Assembly (NCBI GenBank): GCA_965112735.1
Contig: OZ218958.1
Coordinates: 1 to 64,000 of the forward strand
Direction: 5' to 3'
Length of the DNA: 64,000 nt
From: Phaeosaccion multiseriatum
Lineage: Eukaryota > Protista > Ochrophyta, other classes
Of this stretch, positions 32,839 through 45,388 are shown piece after piece. The notes beneath the pieces were generated by a model. The model did not search any database. It had not been told where the DNA came from and saw only the letters and a program-made list of their open reading frames with translations. The position numbers were made by a program, and so were the translations under genes. How positions within the stretch are numbered: the stretch's first letter is position 1; the number at the start of each line of letters is the position of its first letter.

Positions 32839-35800
32839 TCCTCCTCCTCCCCCCTCAATCATAGAGTGTCGCTTGGTCTCTGGCGCCGTAGACATGGCGG
32901 CCACGGAGCCTCCTCCATGTCCCTGGCGGCTCAAAGCGACGGAGCCTTTTCGATGTCCCCGGGGGCTCAAAGCGATGGAGCCCGGCCCCACCTCTGCTGC
33001 CATCCCCGACTCCGCCCCCTTGGCAACAGTAGCACCCCCAGCAGCACCCCCCGCAGCAGCAGTTGGTGATTCAGCAGTCGGTACTTTAGACGCGCTCTCG
33101 GCCGCTCTGGCGTCCCGCTTGGCCTCCCTTTCCTCACAGCGCCGCCTCCTGCGTATCACCAACTGGGCCTCCTCCTCTGCATGCAGCGCGGCGGCAACAC
33201 GCAGAGCCTCAACAAGGAGCGCAGGGACGGCCCTCAGCCTCTCCCTCACACCCCCTGTGAGGCGGCACACCCTCGCCAGGCTGCAGAGAGCCAACAGGTG
33301 CAGCGTCGCCAGGCCTCGGTCGTGGCCCCGCTCATGGTCAGTGGCGGAGCCTACCTCATCCCGTCTGTCTGTGCGAGCCTTGCTGAGTGCCCTGCAAATG
33401 GCCAAGCTCTGTCCCCACAGCACGAGCGCCATCTCCTTCCTCCCCTCTCTGAGGCAGCGCTCCCCACTGCACAGCGCCTCGAGTGCCGCGTCCACCCCAC
33501 TTGCCCGCACGGCGGTGGCGGCCGAGGCGAGAGCAGCAGCAGCAGCCGCCTCTGATGACTTGAACGCTCCCCCTATCCCTCCTCCTCCTCCCCCTCCCTC
33601 CAAAGGCCTGGCCTTTGGCTCTCCCCCCGCCGCCCCCCCTCCTGCTGCTGTACCACCACCAACTGCTGCTGCTGCTCCTCCTGCTCCTGCTTCAGTTCCC
33701 CCTCCTCCTCCTACTGCTGCTGCTGCTCCTCCTCCTGTTGCTGCTGCAGGCTGACCTTCTGGGTTGATTCTCTGACGTTGCTGCAGAGATACCGTACCCT
33801 GCTCAGAGTGTGCCCCCCCCGCGCCCCTGGCAAGTGCGCCGATCACCGCCGCGATGCCCTTGAGGGCCCGCCACTCGCGCGACACCGCCCCCATGTCTGC
33901 CTTGTCCCCCTTCTTGTCACCACCGCCCCCCTCTTCCCCAATCCCGGAGGGGGGTGGTCCTGAGCCTGAGCCTGAGGCTGGGCCTGCCCCAGGCGGGTCT
34001 CGTTCATCAGCAAGCGTGGCAGCGAGCAGCGTGGCCGCCAGTGAGGCCTCCTTGGCCCCCCTATGCCCTTGGCCCCCCCACCCCCCGCTGCTCTTCCTGC
34101 TCTTCCAGTGGGCCAGCAGTTCGCTGGACAGATGCTTCAGCACGAGCGCCAAAGGGGCGCGCCGCACTTCCACGCGAAGGTCCCTCTGCAGTGCCCCCCC
34201 CCCTGCCCCCCCTGCGAAGCCCTTGAGAGAGTGGCCCCCCTCCCCCTCCCTCCCTTCCTCCTCCTCCATGCCGCCGCCCCCTCGCGCCCCGGCGTGCTTG
34301 AGACGCCTCTCCCCCTCGAGTCTGACCTTTCGCGTCGATGTGCGCGTGAGCCAAAAGCGCCGCCGTAGAGCCTCACAGGCCTCACCGCCTGCCGTGCTCA
34401 CCATCATACTCCTCTTGGTGCTCCCTGCCCTCCTTGCTGCCCTCTTGGGCTCTGTGGTGTTGGTGCTCCTGCGTCTCTCCCCCTCTCCCCCCTCTCCCCC
34501 TGCTATGCCTATGCCCTTACTCTCCGTTCCCGCTTCTTCCCTTCCTTCTCCTCCCCCTCCCATGGGCCCGAAGGCGAAGGCCAGGTCATCCTCCTCTTCA
34601 TCCTCCTCCCCCCCTCCCCCGCCCACCACCAGACTTAGCACGCCAGTGCCAAGGGTGCTCACGGAGTCAGTGTCCATTGTGCCGTCCATTTTGAGCCTCT
34701 TGCCTCCTTGTCCGTCCATTTTGAGCCTCTTGCCTCCTTGTCCCCCCTCCTCTACAATCCACTTGTCGAGGCGGCTGAGACTCTGCCCCTCCTCCTCCCC
34801 ATCGCCCCCCTCCCCCCCATCGCCTCCCTGCCCCCCATCGCCCCCCTCCAGCCCACCAAGTGCCATCTGGTGTTGCTCTGCCCTATCTAAGATGAGGTCA
34901 TACAGCCTCTCTCTCGCCGCCTTCGTCTCCCACGTTGCCGTCATGACACCCCCCCCTGCGGCAGTCGCAGCGGCGGCGTCTGAGTCAGCCCTGCCCTCCC
35001 CCTGCCCCTCTGCGCCCCCCCCCCCCCCCTTGACACCAGCTACTGCACCACCGCTCCCTGCGCTGCCCACGCTCCCCGGCCCCCCCTCCCCTCCCCCCTT
35101 GCCCCCCTTGCTGCCCTTTCTGCCGTACGGGCCCGCTCCTCCTCCCGCCCCCGACGTCAAGCTTGGCCGCCCCCCGCCCCCGCTACCTTCCCTGTTGTGC
35201 TCGCTGCTGGTCTTCCACTGCCCCCCCCACGCGATGGCCCTGCCCGTCCACAAGTCCACCATGTGCGTATTGTGCGTATTGTGCGCGCCGCCCCCCGTCC
35301 GCTGCCATCCCTCTCCCCTGTCCACGCCAGACAACGTGCCGCTCATAGGGGCTCTGAAGGCGCCCATGCGGCTCGGAAGTTCGTAGTGCACGAAGAAGGC
35401 CTCTAGCCGAAGCACCAACTTGTGAACAGCTTCCTCCTCCTTCAGAGGCGACACCTGCAGCTCTTGCCCCGCAGTCACCGCAGACGACAGGCGCGGCCCT
35501 TTGTCGTCGACAGGTACGCCCCCCCCCGTTCTCGTGCTCTGCGGCCGTACCACCAACTGCTTGCCCTTCCCTGCCTGCCCCTGTGCCCTCTGGCTGAGGT
35601 GCCTGACTCTGTCGAAGTCCCCATGCCTCTGTACGAGAAGGTCTTGCAGCAGCAACGTCTCGTTGAGCTTGACAAAGTGCTCAACAGAGGGGATGCACAC
35701 CGCACTGCCACTCAAACTCTTCATGCCTCGCTGCAGGCCCCCCGCCCCTTCCCCAGCTAAAGCTGCACTACCACCTGGCGCCGTATCACCAACTTGTGCG

Positions 35801-37008
35801 GCAAGGACAGAAGAGGAGTATTCGTCGATAATGTGCTCCATGTCCTGCAGGCTGAGACGTCTCCAAAGCCGTGTCTCCCTCACGAACAGCAGCACTTCGT
35901 CTTTTGTCAGACCCGCGCCGTCACAGCGCCGGTACAGAGAGAAGACAAAGTCCAGCAGGCTCTGGGGGGGGGGTTACAGGGGGGGGCGTGGTGTGTGTGT
36001 GGTGAGGCAGAGAACCTTTAGGTACCTCTTGAGGGCCTTCGGCAGCAGCAAGCTGACACACTGCTTGACACTTGATACAGACTGCTTGACACTTGATGCA
36101 CACTGCTTGACCTGTCCCTCACTCACCCTGAGGTAGCGCTGCATATCTTCCTTAGAGATGGGGCCCATCCTGCCGTGGTGGCTGTGGTGGTGGTGGCTGT
36201 GGTGGTGGTGGTGGTGGTGATGGTGGTGGGCGTGGTGATGGTGGTGGTGGTGGTGGTGGTGGTGGTGAGGGTGGTGATGGTGGCTGGGTTGGTGCGTGTG
36301 GTGGGCCCCCTGTACGTGCAGATGAGAGCTGATGCGATTACTCGCACGGTGGTGGTGATGGCTCCCTCCGTGGTGGGCAGACCCCTTGCGGTGGGAAGAG
36401 CTCACGGCTCTCTCAGCCCTCTCTTCGCCGTCCCTCTGGGACGGGCCCGCCTCGACTCCGTGGGGCACAGGGGGAACAGCGAAGAGCTCCCCGTACTTCG
36501 CTCGGCCGAAACGACGGCCGACAAGAGAGAAGAGCGAGAAGAGAAGAGGAGAGGAGAGGGGCACAGGGGCAGGGGCACAGGGGGGCAGAGGCACAGGGGG
36601 GCAGGGGCACAGGTGGGCAGGGGCACAGTCAGTTAGAGAGGAAGCGTGCGTGGTCGCTGGGCTCCGGCAGCGTTTTCGGGCTCTCCCCTCCCCTAACCGT
36701 AACCGTAACCCCTCTGTCTTGAACCGCTAGCCCCAAACCCCCCCACCTTCTGCTTGCACTGTGCTAGCAGGCCTAAGAAGCTCTGTCCTGCGTCCGCCCC
36801 CTCTGCCAGCACGAAGGCCAAAGTGAGCAGCGCGCTTTGGAAGTCAGAGAAGGTCAGGTGCCTCTGACTCGCCTCCCTGCCCAGGATGAGCACCGAGGAC
36901 AGCGCTTTGAACAACAACTTCGCACTGAACGACGCGCTCATACCCATCTTCTCGGCCTGGGTAGAGGCATATGGGAAGGGGGAAAGGGGCGCAGCTAAGT
37001 CATACGGG

Positions 37009-37053
<45 letters not shown>

Positions 37054-38900
37054 ACATGGATAGGCATATGGGCAGGCATATGGGCAGGCATATGGGCAGG
37101 CATATGGGCAGGCATATGGGCAGGCATATGGGCAGGCATATGGGCAGGCATATGGGCAGGCATATGGGCAGGCATATGGGCAGGCATATGGGCAGGCAGA
37201 CTCCCCCCATGACGCACCTTTTTGCTGGCCATGAAGTCCTGCAGGTGTCGCCTCACGAGGAGCATCTCTGCGGGGGATGGCCTCTCCCTCCTCTCCTCGC
37301 CCTTCCCTCCCTGCCCGCCGCTTTGCCCCCCCCCGCTTCCCCTTCCCCCTCCCCCTCCCCCTCCCCCTCCCGCTCCCCCACCGAGCCGCCCAACGAAGGC
37401 CTCAAGGCGCATGGGATCGATTTGTGCGGGGCCTTTTTGGCCTTTTTTTTGGCCTTGCACGCACTCCGAGAGACGCTCCTTCACCCCGGGGTTGTCCTCC
37501 AGCCCCTCCAGGCCGTGCTCTGCCATCCACTGAGTACAGTCAATAAGACAGTAGTCCAGCATAAGTCAGTGGTACAGCATAAGTCAGTGGTACAGCATGG
37601 CCGTGGGTCTGCGCTTGGGGAGGGGCAGTACAAGCGTTACCACAAGCACGTAAGTCACTCACTCCTCCATATGGGCCTGCTGCCCCTCCTCTCCTTTGCC
37701 CCTTCCATCCACTGCCATCGCTGGCCCGTCTGACCTGCTCTACTGTGGTGTCTGTGATTGTGGGCAGCAGTCTGTACCACTTCCCATATGCCTGCCGGGC
37801 TCCGCGCATGCTTCGTTGCGCTGCCTCCTCGCTCTCCACGTACTCCAACTGCACCTGTGAAGTCCCGGGGGGAAGGGGGGGATGGCAGTGGATGGTCCTG
37901 AGCTTCAAGGGCACTTGTGCACCATAATACCAGCTATAGCCTTCCCTGCCTATATGCCTCTTTACCAGCTATAGCCTTCCCTGCCTATATGCCTCTTTAC
38001 CAGCTATAGCCTTCCCTGCCTATATGCCTCTATATGCCTCTTTACCTCGCTGGCGTTACAGGCTCCCACAAGGATGTGCACCATAAGGAAGTCGCTGTCG
38101 GCGTCGTTGGGCACCTTGGACAGCAGCCCGAACTCCCACACAAAGCGCACCCAATCCAAGTACGTCATGCCGAACTCCGTCTGCCATAGAGAGGCACAAG
38201 GGGAGGGAGGGTTAGAGGCACAAGGGGAGGGAGGGTTAGAGGCACAAGGGGAGGGAGGGTTAGAGGCACAAGGGGAGGGAGGGTTAGAGGCACAAGGGGA
38301 GGGAGGGTTAGAGGCAATGCGCGGACAAGCCTTGCAAGGCCCACACGGCTCGAAGCCCTTGCCCATGTGCTTCTAACCTCCCTTCCCATGTGCTTCTAAC
38401 CTCCCTTCCCATGTGCTTCTAACCTCCCTTCCCATGTGCTTCTAACCTCCCTTCCCATGCGCTTCTAACCTCCCTTCCCATGTGCTTCTAACCTCCCTTC
38501 GCGATGGCGTGCGGCACGTACCCGAGGGGGCAGGCAGGTGTTGTTGGCGGAGGCGGACAGAGGCCGGGGATCCTCCAGGGGGGGAGGGGAGTGAGACGCG
38601 TACTTGGAGAACAGCGAGCGGAGGAAGGCCTGCACACACAGTCCCAGAGGGGATGGCAGTGGATGGGAGGAGGGGGCAGAGATCAAGGAGAGGGGAGGGC
38701 GACAGGGAGGGGATCAACAACATATCACTTCACAACACAACATACAGGCCACAGAGAGCCGACAGCCGATCGACAGCCTAAAGGAGCCCCATTCATTTAT
38801 TTATTTATTCCGCCCCATCTGGGCCTCCCATCTTAGGGTGGATCTGTCCGCAGGCCATCTGTCCGCGCTCCCCCCCCCCCTCACCTACGCACACATACAC

Positions 38901-38940
<40 letters not shown>

Positions 38941-41263
38941 CACACCCGCACACACACACACACACACACACACAACACACACACAACACACACGCACACA
39001 CACACACGCACCCACACACACGCACACACGAACACACACACTCACTCCCTCTTGCTCACACACGCACTCACTCACTCACTCACTCACTCACCTCCTCGCT
39101 GACGAGGCTGTCCCGTGTGCCTGGAAAGAGCAGCACTGCCCCGAGTGTGCCCGCCTTGGAGCAGGCCCCTGCCTTGCTCAGAGCATCGCAGCGGGGGGCC
39201 ACCAGCATGGAATATATCATCTGCACGTACGTACGTAAGTACGTAAGAAGGTACATACGCGTGTGCGTGCGTGCGTGTGTGCGTATTCGTTTCGAGGAGG
39301 AGAAGAGACCAAACGAGGAAGATGAGTGTGAGGGTTAGGGTTAGGGCACAACAGGAGGGTAGGGCAGGGACTGCGTAGAGCATCGAGTCAGTCGACTGGT
39401 GCTGGTGCTCCCAAGGGAAGGGAAGGAGAGAGACGGGAGCGGACAGGAAGAGAAGGGACGAGAAGGGAGGGGAGGAAGGGGGAAGAGAGGGCAAAGAAGG
39501 GGAAAGGAGGGGTATGGAGGCGCATGAAGGGGGAGGGGGAAGAGGAAAAGAGCAGTGCACTGCACTGACCTGCTGCACCGCCTTGGTGTGGCCCATGTAC
39601 ATCTGCGCCTGCTCCTGGAAGCCCTTCTCCAGCCGTCTCCTGCCCCAGCCCTTCCCGTCTGCCCCTCCTCTTCCCCCTCCGCCCCCCCCTGCAGTGTCCA
39701 TTTTGATCCTCAGGGCTGCCTTCTTGGCACCTCTGCTATTCTCGCAGGATCTGCATATGCACGTCTCGCCTTGGCAGAGGGAAGGAGGGCAGGAAGGGAG
39801 GGCAAGAAGGGCGAGAAGAGAAGGGGGTTGAGGAGAAGGGCGAGAAGAGAAGGGGGTTGAGGGGGTGCAAGGAGAGCCCCGGAGGGCATACAGAGGGCAT
39901 ACAGAGGGCATACAGACGTCATACAGAGGGCATACAGAGGTCATACAGAGGGCATACAGAGGTCATACAGAGGGCATACAGCGGGCATACAGAGGTCACA
40001 CAGAGGTCATACAGAGGGCATACGGAGGTCATACAGAGGTCATACAGAGGTCATACAGAGGGCATACAGAGGTCATACAGAGGTCATACAGAGGTCATAC
40101 AGAGGGCATACAGAGGTCATACAGAGGTCATACAGAGGTCATACAGAGGGCATACAGAGGTCATACAGAGGTCATACAGAGGGCATACAGAGGTCATACA
40201 GAGGGCATACAGAGGTCATACAGAGGTCATACAGCGGGCATACAGAGGTCACACAGAGGTCATACAGAGGGCATACGGAGCTCATACAGAGGTCATACAG
40301 AGGTCATACAGAGGGCATACAGAGGTCATACAGAGGTCATACAGAGGTCATACAGAGGGCATACAGAGGGCATACAGAGGTCATACAGAGGTCATACAAG
40401 TCCATCCCTGGGGCCTCACTGTGCACAGCTAGTTACACACAGCCCCGGGAAGGGAACAAGAAGGGCCCCGGGGGGGCAGAACGTCTGTATGACATGGGCC
40501 TGTCTCTGGACTTGTCAAACAGGTGTCATGTGCTCGTGGGTCCCTCGGCGCGGCTCCAAACGGATCAGACGGTGCCGCACCACGAGAGGATTCTCCTGCT
40601 TTCTTTCCTCCTCCCCTAACCCTCTTACCTGCGGGCACTGTAACGAGGATCATCTCAGCGACAGCCCTTTTGAATCCGTCCTCGTCGAGCCCATGGACGC
40701 CCTGCTCATCCTTCTCCCTCTCTCTCTCCCTCTCCCTCTCCTTCTCCTTCTCCTTCTTCCCCACCGGCGAGGAGAGGGCTCCCTTCCCCCCCTCCTTGGC
40801 TGCAGAGGAGGAGGAGGCTCCCATCGCTCCATGCCCGTGGTGGTGTCGGTGTCCACCATGTCCATGCCTCGGATGCCCGTCACTCACCAAGCCAAGGACG
40901 CCTACCCTGAGCCTGCCCGAGCCCCCGCCGCCCCCCCCGTCCGGAGCTCTCAGCTTGGCCTTGTGGTCTCTGTCCTTGCGGCGAGAGCGCTTGTCGTGCT
41001 CGGAGGCCGCAGCCGCAGCCGCAGCTTCGGCCTCCCTCTCCGCGATTAAGTTTTGGCGCTCCTCCTCCTCCTGCAGGCGCCTCCTCCATGCCCCAGGCCC
41101 CTCCGCACACCACTTGGAGGCCCTCAAGTGCTCGAGGAAGCCGGCCAGGGTCAGCTGCAGACAGGTGTGAGGGGCAACGCACCGAGAGGGAAGAGAGGGA
41201 AGAGCAAAGGGGGGTGGGACGGGAGGAGAACATGTGCAGTGAGTGGTAGTACAAAAGGAGAGC

Positions 41264-41347
<84 letters not shown>

Positions 41348-42873
41348 GCCATTGAGAGGCCCGACCCGCGCATGTTGAGTGGATGGGTGCCCTCTCTTCC
41401 ATGCCCGACACTCACCCCCTCCATGCCGGTGAGTCTTGCCTTGACCATCATGTTGGTCATCTGCTGGTGCATCCTGTTGGACGCGGCCTCAATAGCAGCG
41501 GCCTTCTTGGCCTTGACGGCCTTGATGACGGCGGCGATACTTGACGTGCCCGCTGAGGCCTCCGCCGCTCCTCGGCCTCGATGTGGTGATGTGGTGAGGA
41601 GCGCACGGATGGGCGGGGCATCTGCTGCCGCTTCTCCTTTGGCTGCTTCTGCTGCTGCTGCTTCTGCTGCTGCGGCAGCTACCGCGGCGGCTGCTGAGGA
41701 GTCTGCGGCGGCTGGGTCCACTTTGGCTTCAGTGCCATTAACTTGAGTCGACTCCTCCTCCCCGCCGCCCGCCCCGCCCTGCGCCGCTTTCCAGGCGCCG
41801 TTGTAGGCCTCGGGAAGGGGCGGCGCGTCCAGCTTCTTGAGCATTACCGCGACCTTGGGCAGGGCAATGTGCGCCTTGAGGTTACCCGACACATACAGCC
41901 ACATACCCCGAGCCCTCTCCTCTCGCGCGTCGGCAGAGGGCACGACTTGCGAGTGCTTGCGGAAGATGTTTACGGCCCCCCCGTACGACAGCAGAGTGGG
42001 GCCGACGAAGCCCACGTCCCTGCACAGGCACAGGAAGGTGCTCTCGGTGAGGGCCAGCGGAAGGGAAAGCGAGCCTCTAGCCAGCATTGAAGCGTACTCC
42101 GGACTGACACTTGCGTCGGTGTACGCCCCCGCAACCGTGCGGCATGTGGGGATGCCCACGCACTCGATCCAGTCGGAGGCGCATCCGTCATCTTCGCCGT
42201 CGTGATCATCCTTCTTGCTCTCCGCTTCCCCGACACCATGGCCGTCCGGATGCCCCTTGTAGGGCAGCCCCCCTCTGCCCCAGTCCGCCAGGCCATTCCT
42301 TTGCGCCTCCACTTGGTGCTGCAGGTGCAGGAACTTCTTGAAGACCGTCCTTGTGGAGTAGGTGTGTGTGGTACTCTTCTGCTTTCGGTCCGCGTCGATC
42401 CCCTTACGGACAACATGCGCTCGGTACAGACTTTGCACCATGATGGTACTCTTAATTTCTTTCTGTTTGGCGGTATCGGAATCCTCCTCGCCCACTTTTT
42501 TCTCTTGCAGCCCCCCCTCCTCGCTTTCTTCTTTGCCTTTTCCCACCTTTCCTCCTCCTCCTCCTCCTCCTCCTCCTCCTCCTCCTCCTCCTCCTCCTCC
42601 TCCTCCTCCTCCTCCTCCTCCTCCTCCTCCTGCTCTTCCTCTTCCTCGTCCCCTCACGCTCCCCCCTCCTCCTCCTCCTCCTTCCCCGCCTCCTCCGCCT
42701 CCTCCGCCTCCTCCTCCTCCTCCTCCTCCTTCATCTCCCTCGTCCTCCTCTTCGTCTTTCTTCAGTACTTCTACGGGATTAGCGCTGCTCAGGGAATTTT
42801 CCCTTTCTCTCCCAGGGGCGAGCTTCCTCGAGGGCCGAACATCAGACGGCCGAACAGCCTCCGGGGCTCCCAT
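28115..42873 (-). CDS. Very large multi-exon hypothetical protein (IQ motif, EF-hand/p25-alpha-like helices, C-terminal TPR-like repeats); may be two genes
   Basis: Long minus-strand open frames (42873-40429, 35895-32653, 31048-28115) joined by GT-AG introns. IQ-like [12 protein letters not shown]; [20 protein letters not shown]; TPR-like [22 protein letters not shown] and [17 protein letters not shown]. Confidence 0.65.
37007..37198. repeat. Intronic (GGCA)n plus 12-bp GGCAGGCATATG array
   Basis: Directly visible. Confidence 0.9.
38188..38499. repeat. Two adjacent intronic arrays (24-bp GAGGCACAAGGGGAGGGAGGGTTA; 23-bp TGTGCTTCTAACCTCCCTTCCCA)
   Basis: Directly visible; the two units are partly reverse-complementary. 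Confidence 0.85.
39884..40397. repeat. 11-bp intronic minisatellite CATACAGAGG(G/T)
   Basis: Directly visible. Confidence 0.92.
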
Positions 42874-43016
42874 CTTTCCCCCTCCCCTCCCTCCGACTTG
42901 ACCAAAAATGTAACTGTGAGATTTCCTGTGCGGTTGTTACAAGCTGCCTGCTCTTTTTGAGATTTAGTCTCCCTTTAACGGAGGAAGGAAAAGAGGAGAA
43001 GGAAGGTGGCGGCAGA

Positions 43017-43207
43017 ATGGACGAGGGTGGCAAGACGAGTCCGGCTTTGGGCCAGGATGGACCAGTGAGTTCGGGAAGAGGGCGGGAGGGGGTGGTGGGG
43101 GCGGGGGGCGGGCAGAAGGAGAAGGAGAAGGAGAAGGTGGGTGAGGAGAAGGTGGAAGAGGAGGAGGGGGGGGCTGAGGAGGAGCATGAGGAGAAAGAGG
43201 AGGAGGA

Positions 43208-43250
<43 letters not shown>

Positions 43251-44801
43251 GAGGAGGACGTCAACGGTGAGGAGAGGCGGAAGGCTGAGACTGAAGCCCG
43301 CACGCCCCAGTACGGAAAGGGTGTGCTTGGCTTGACTTCCCCTCACATCTCGTGTCCCCGCGACGTGAGCGTGGTGGTTATTGGTGCGGGGCTGGCGGGG
43401 CTGGCGGCGGCTCGAGAGTTGGCCTATCTAGGCTACCGGGTTACCGTGTTCGAGGCGCGAGAGCGCATCGGAGGCCGGCTGCAGACGCACTCCATCGGCG
43501 GGGCGCAGGTGGACATTGGCGCGGTGAGTCAGTCAATAAGTTAGTCAGACATTCAGAGAGGGAGGGAGGGGGGGAAGGGGGCATTCTCTTACGCTGTCGA
43601 GCTAACAGCAGGGTGGAGAGAGAGAGCGGGACGTGCAGAGGAGGGGGGGGGGGAGGGAAAGGGTGAGAAGGGGAGAAGCAGAGAGACAGAGAACGAGAAG
43701 AGAAAAGCACGCGTGGGCTTACGCTTCCCCCTCTTCCCCCCCGATGCCCGCTTCCCTCCCCACTGCCCAACCACGTCCATGAAGTCTTTCATCCACGGCG
43801 TGGAGGAGAACCCCGTTGCAGAGCTTGCAGAGTCTCTGGGCCTGCGCACTGTTGAGTTCGATCGCTGCGTGCTGTTCTCCGGCTCGGGCCTTGCCGTGCC
43901 CAAGCGCGAGGACGATATGGTGCAGGCACTCTTCAACGAGGCCCTCGAGCGCTGCTACGACCAGGGCTTGAGGACGGCCCTCAAGGGGCAGCAGGGGGGT
44001 GACCAGCAGGGTGGTGAGCCCGCCAGGGGGGGGTCATCATCATCCAGCGGCAGTGGCAGTGGTAGCACCAGTGGTGGTGGTGGTGGCGGTGGCACGGCCG
44101 TCACAGGAGGAGGTGGAGGAGCCTCGGCGTTGAATGGGTTAGCGGTAGCAGCATCGACATTGAACGGGACAGGGACCACACCGGTATTGAATGGGTCAAA
44201 GGAAGCATCGTCGACAATGAACGCATCAGGGCGCACACCCGTTTCAGGGCCCACACCCGTTTCAGAGCCCACACCCGTTTCAGGGCCTACACCCGTTTCA
44301 GGGCCTGCACCCGTTCAAGCAGGGGACGCAGGCATTACCGCGCTAGGGTTAGGACTACATCGTGCCGACGAGGGAAGGCCATCACGGGGAGGATCAGTAG
44401 AGGGAGGAGCATCCGAGGGAAGGCCATCAGAGGGAGGGCCGTTACAAGCAGGGCCAGCAGAGGCCATGGAGATGTGCAGACCGGGCCATCAGGGGGAAGA
44501 TTCCTCGTCTGTCGCCTCCGGGGCCGCACAGGCTGCACAGGCTGTACATAGCAATAGCAATAGCAATAGCAACAGCAATAGCAATAGCAATAGCAATAGC
44601 AATAGCAATAGCAATAGCAGGGAAAATAGACGGGTCGGTGATGCGGCGTCGCCCTATGGCGGTAGCGGCGGTAGCGGCGGCAGCGGTGGGGCTCCTCAAG
44701 GCGGAAACTTGAGCTCAGCTTCTGCTGCCACTACTACTGACAGGGGTGTCGCAGGGGTGGAGGGGGGGGAGGCCAGCCCAACCGGTGTACATAGCGCAGA
44801 G

Positions 44802-44870
<69 letters not shown>

Positions 44871-45347
44871 CATGAGGAGGTCGGGGCATTAGAGGGGACA
44901 AGGGCGGGGGGCGTGGGGGAGGCGCAGGCGGAGGAAGGGTGGGAGCGAGGGGGGGGCGAAAGCGGTGCGGTAAGGGGTGGAGGAGAGGGGGGCAGGAGTA
45001 TGGCAAGTGGCAAGCCCGGCAAGAAGGGCAAGAAGCGCGCGGGCGGTAAGAGAAGGCGAAGAGGGGAGGCTGCGGCGGCGGCAGCGGCAGCGGATATGCT
45101 AAGGCTACAGGGGCAGGGGCAGGGGCAGCAGGGGAGCGCTGCTCTCGACCCCCGAGACACATGCGGCCCTTCGGATATCCCCTTCGGCAGAGTGTTCGAG
45201 GAGGTGTGCGGACAGGCCTTGCTTGAGAAGGGCTTCGGGGGCGGGAAGGGCCTCACGGAGGGAGAGCGCAGTCTGCTCGACTGGCACAGATACAACTTAG
45301 AGATTGCCTGCGGAGCGGTGAGTCCGAGCCAAGTTAGGGGTCTGCGT

Positions 45348-45388
<41 letters not shown>

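Noticed and set aside
32717-35386. Long plus-strand Pro/Ser-rich ORFs (345 and 510 aa), and the minus-strand ORFs at 48593-50205
   Set aside because: They are antisense shadows of GC-rich real exons.
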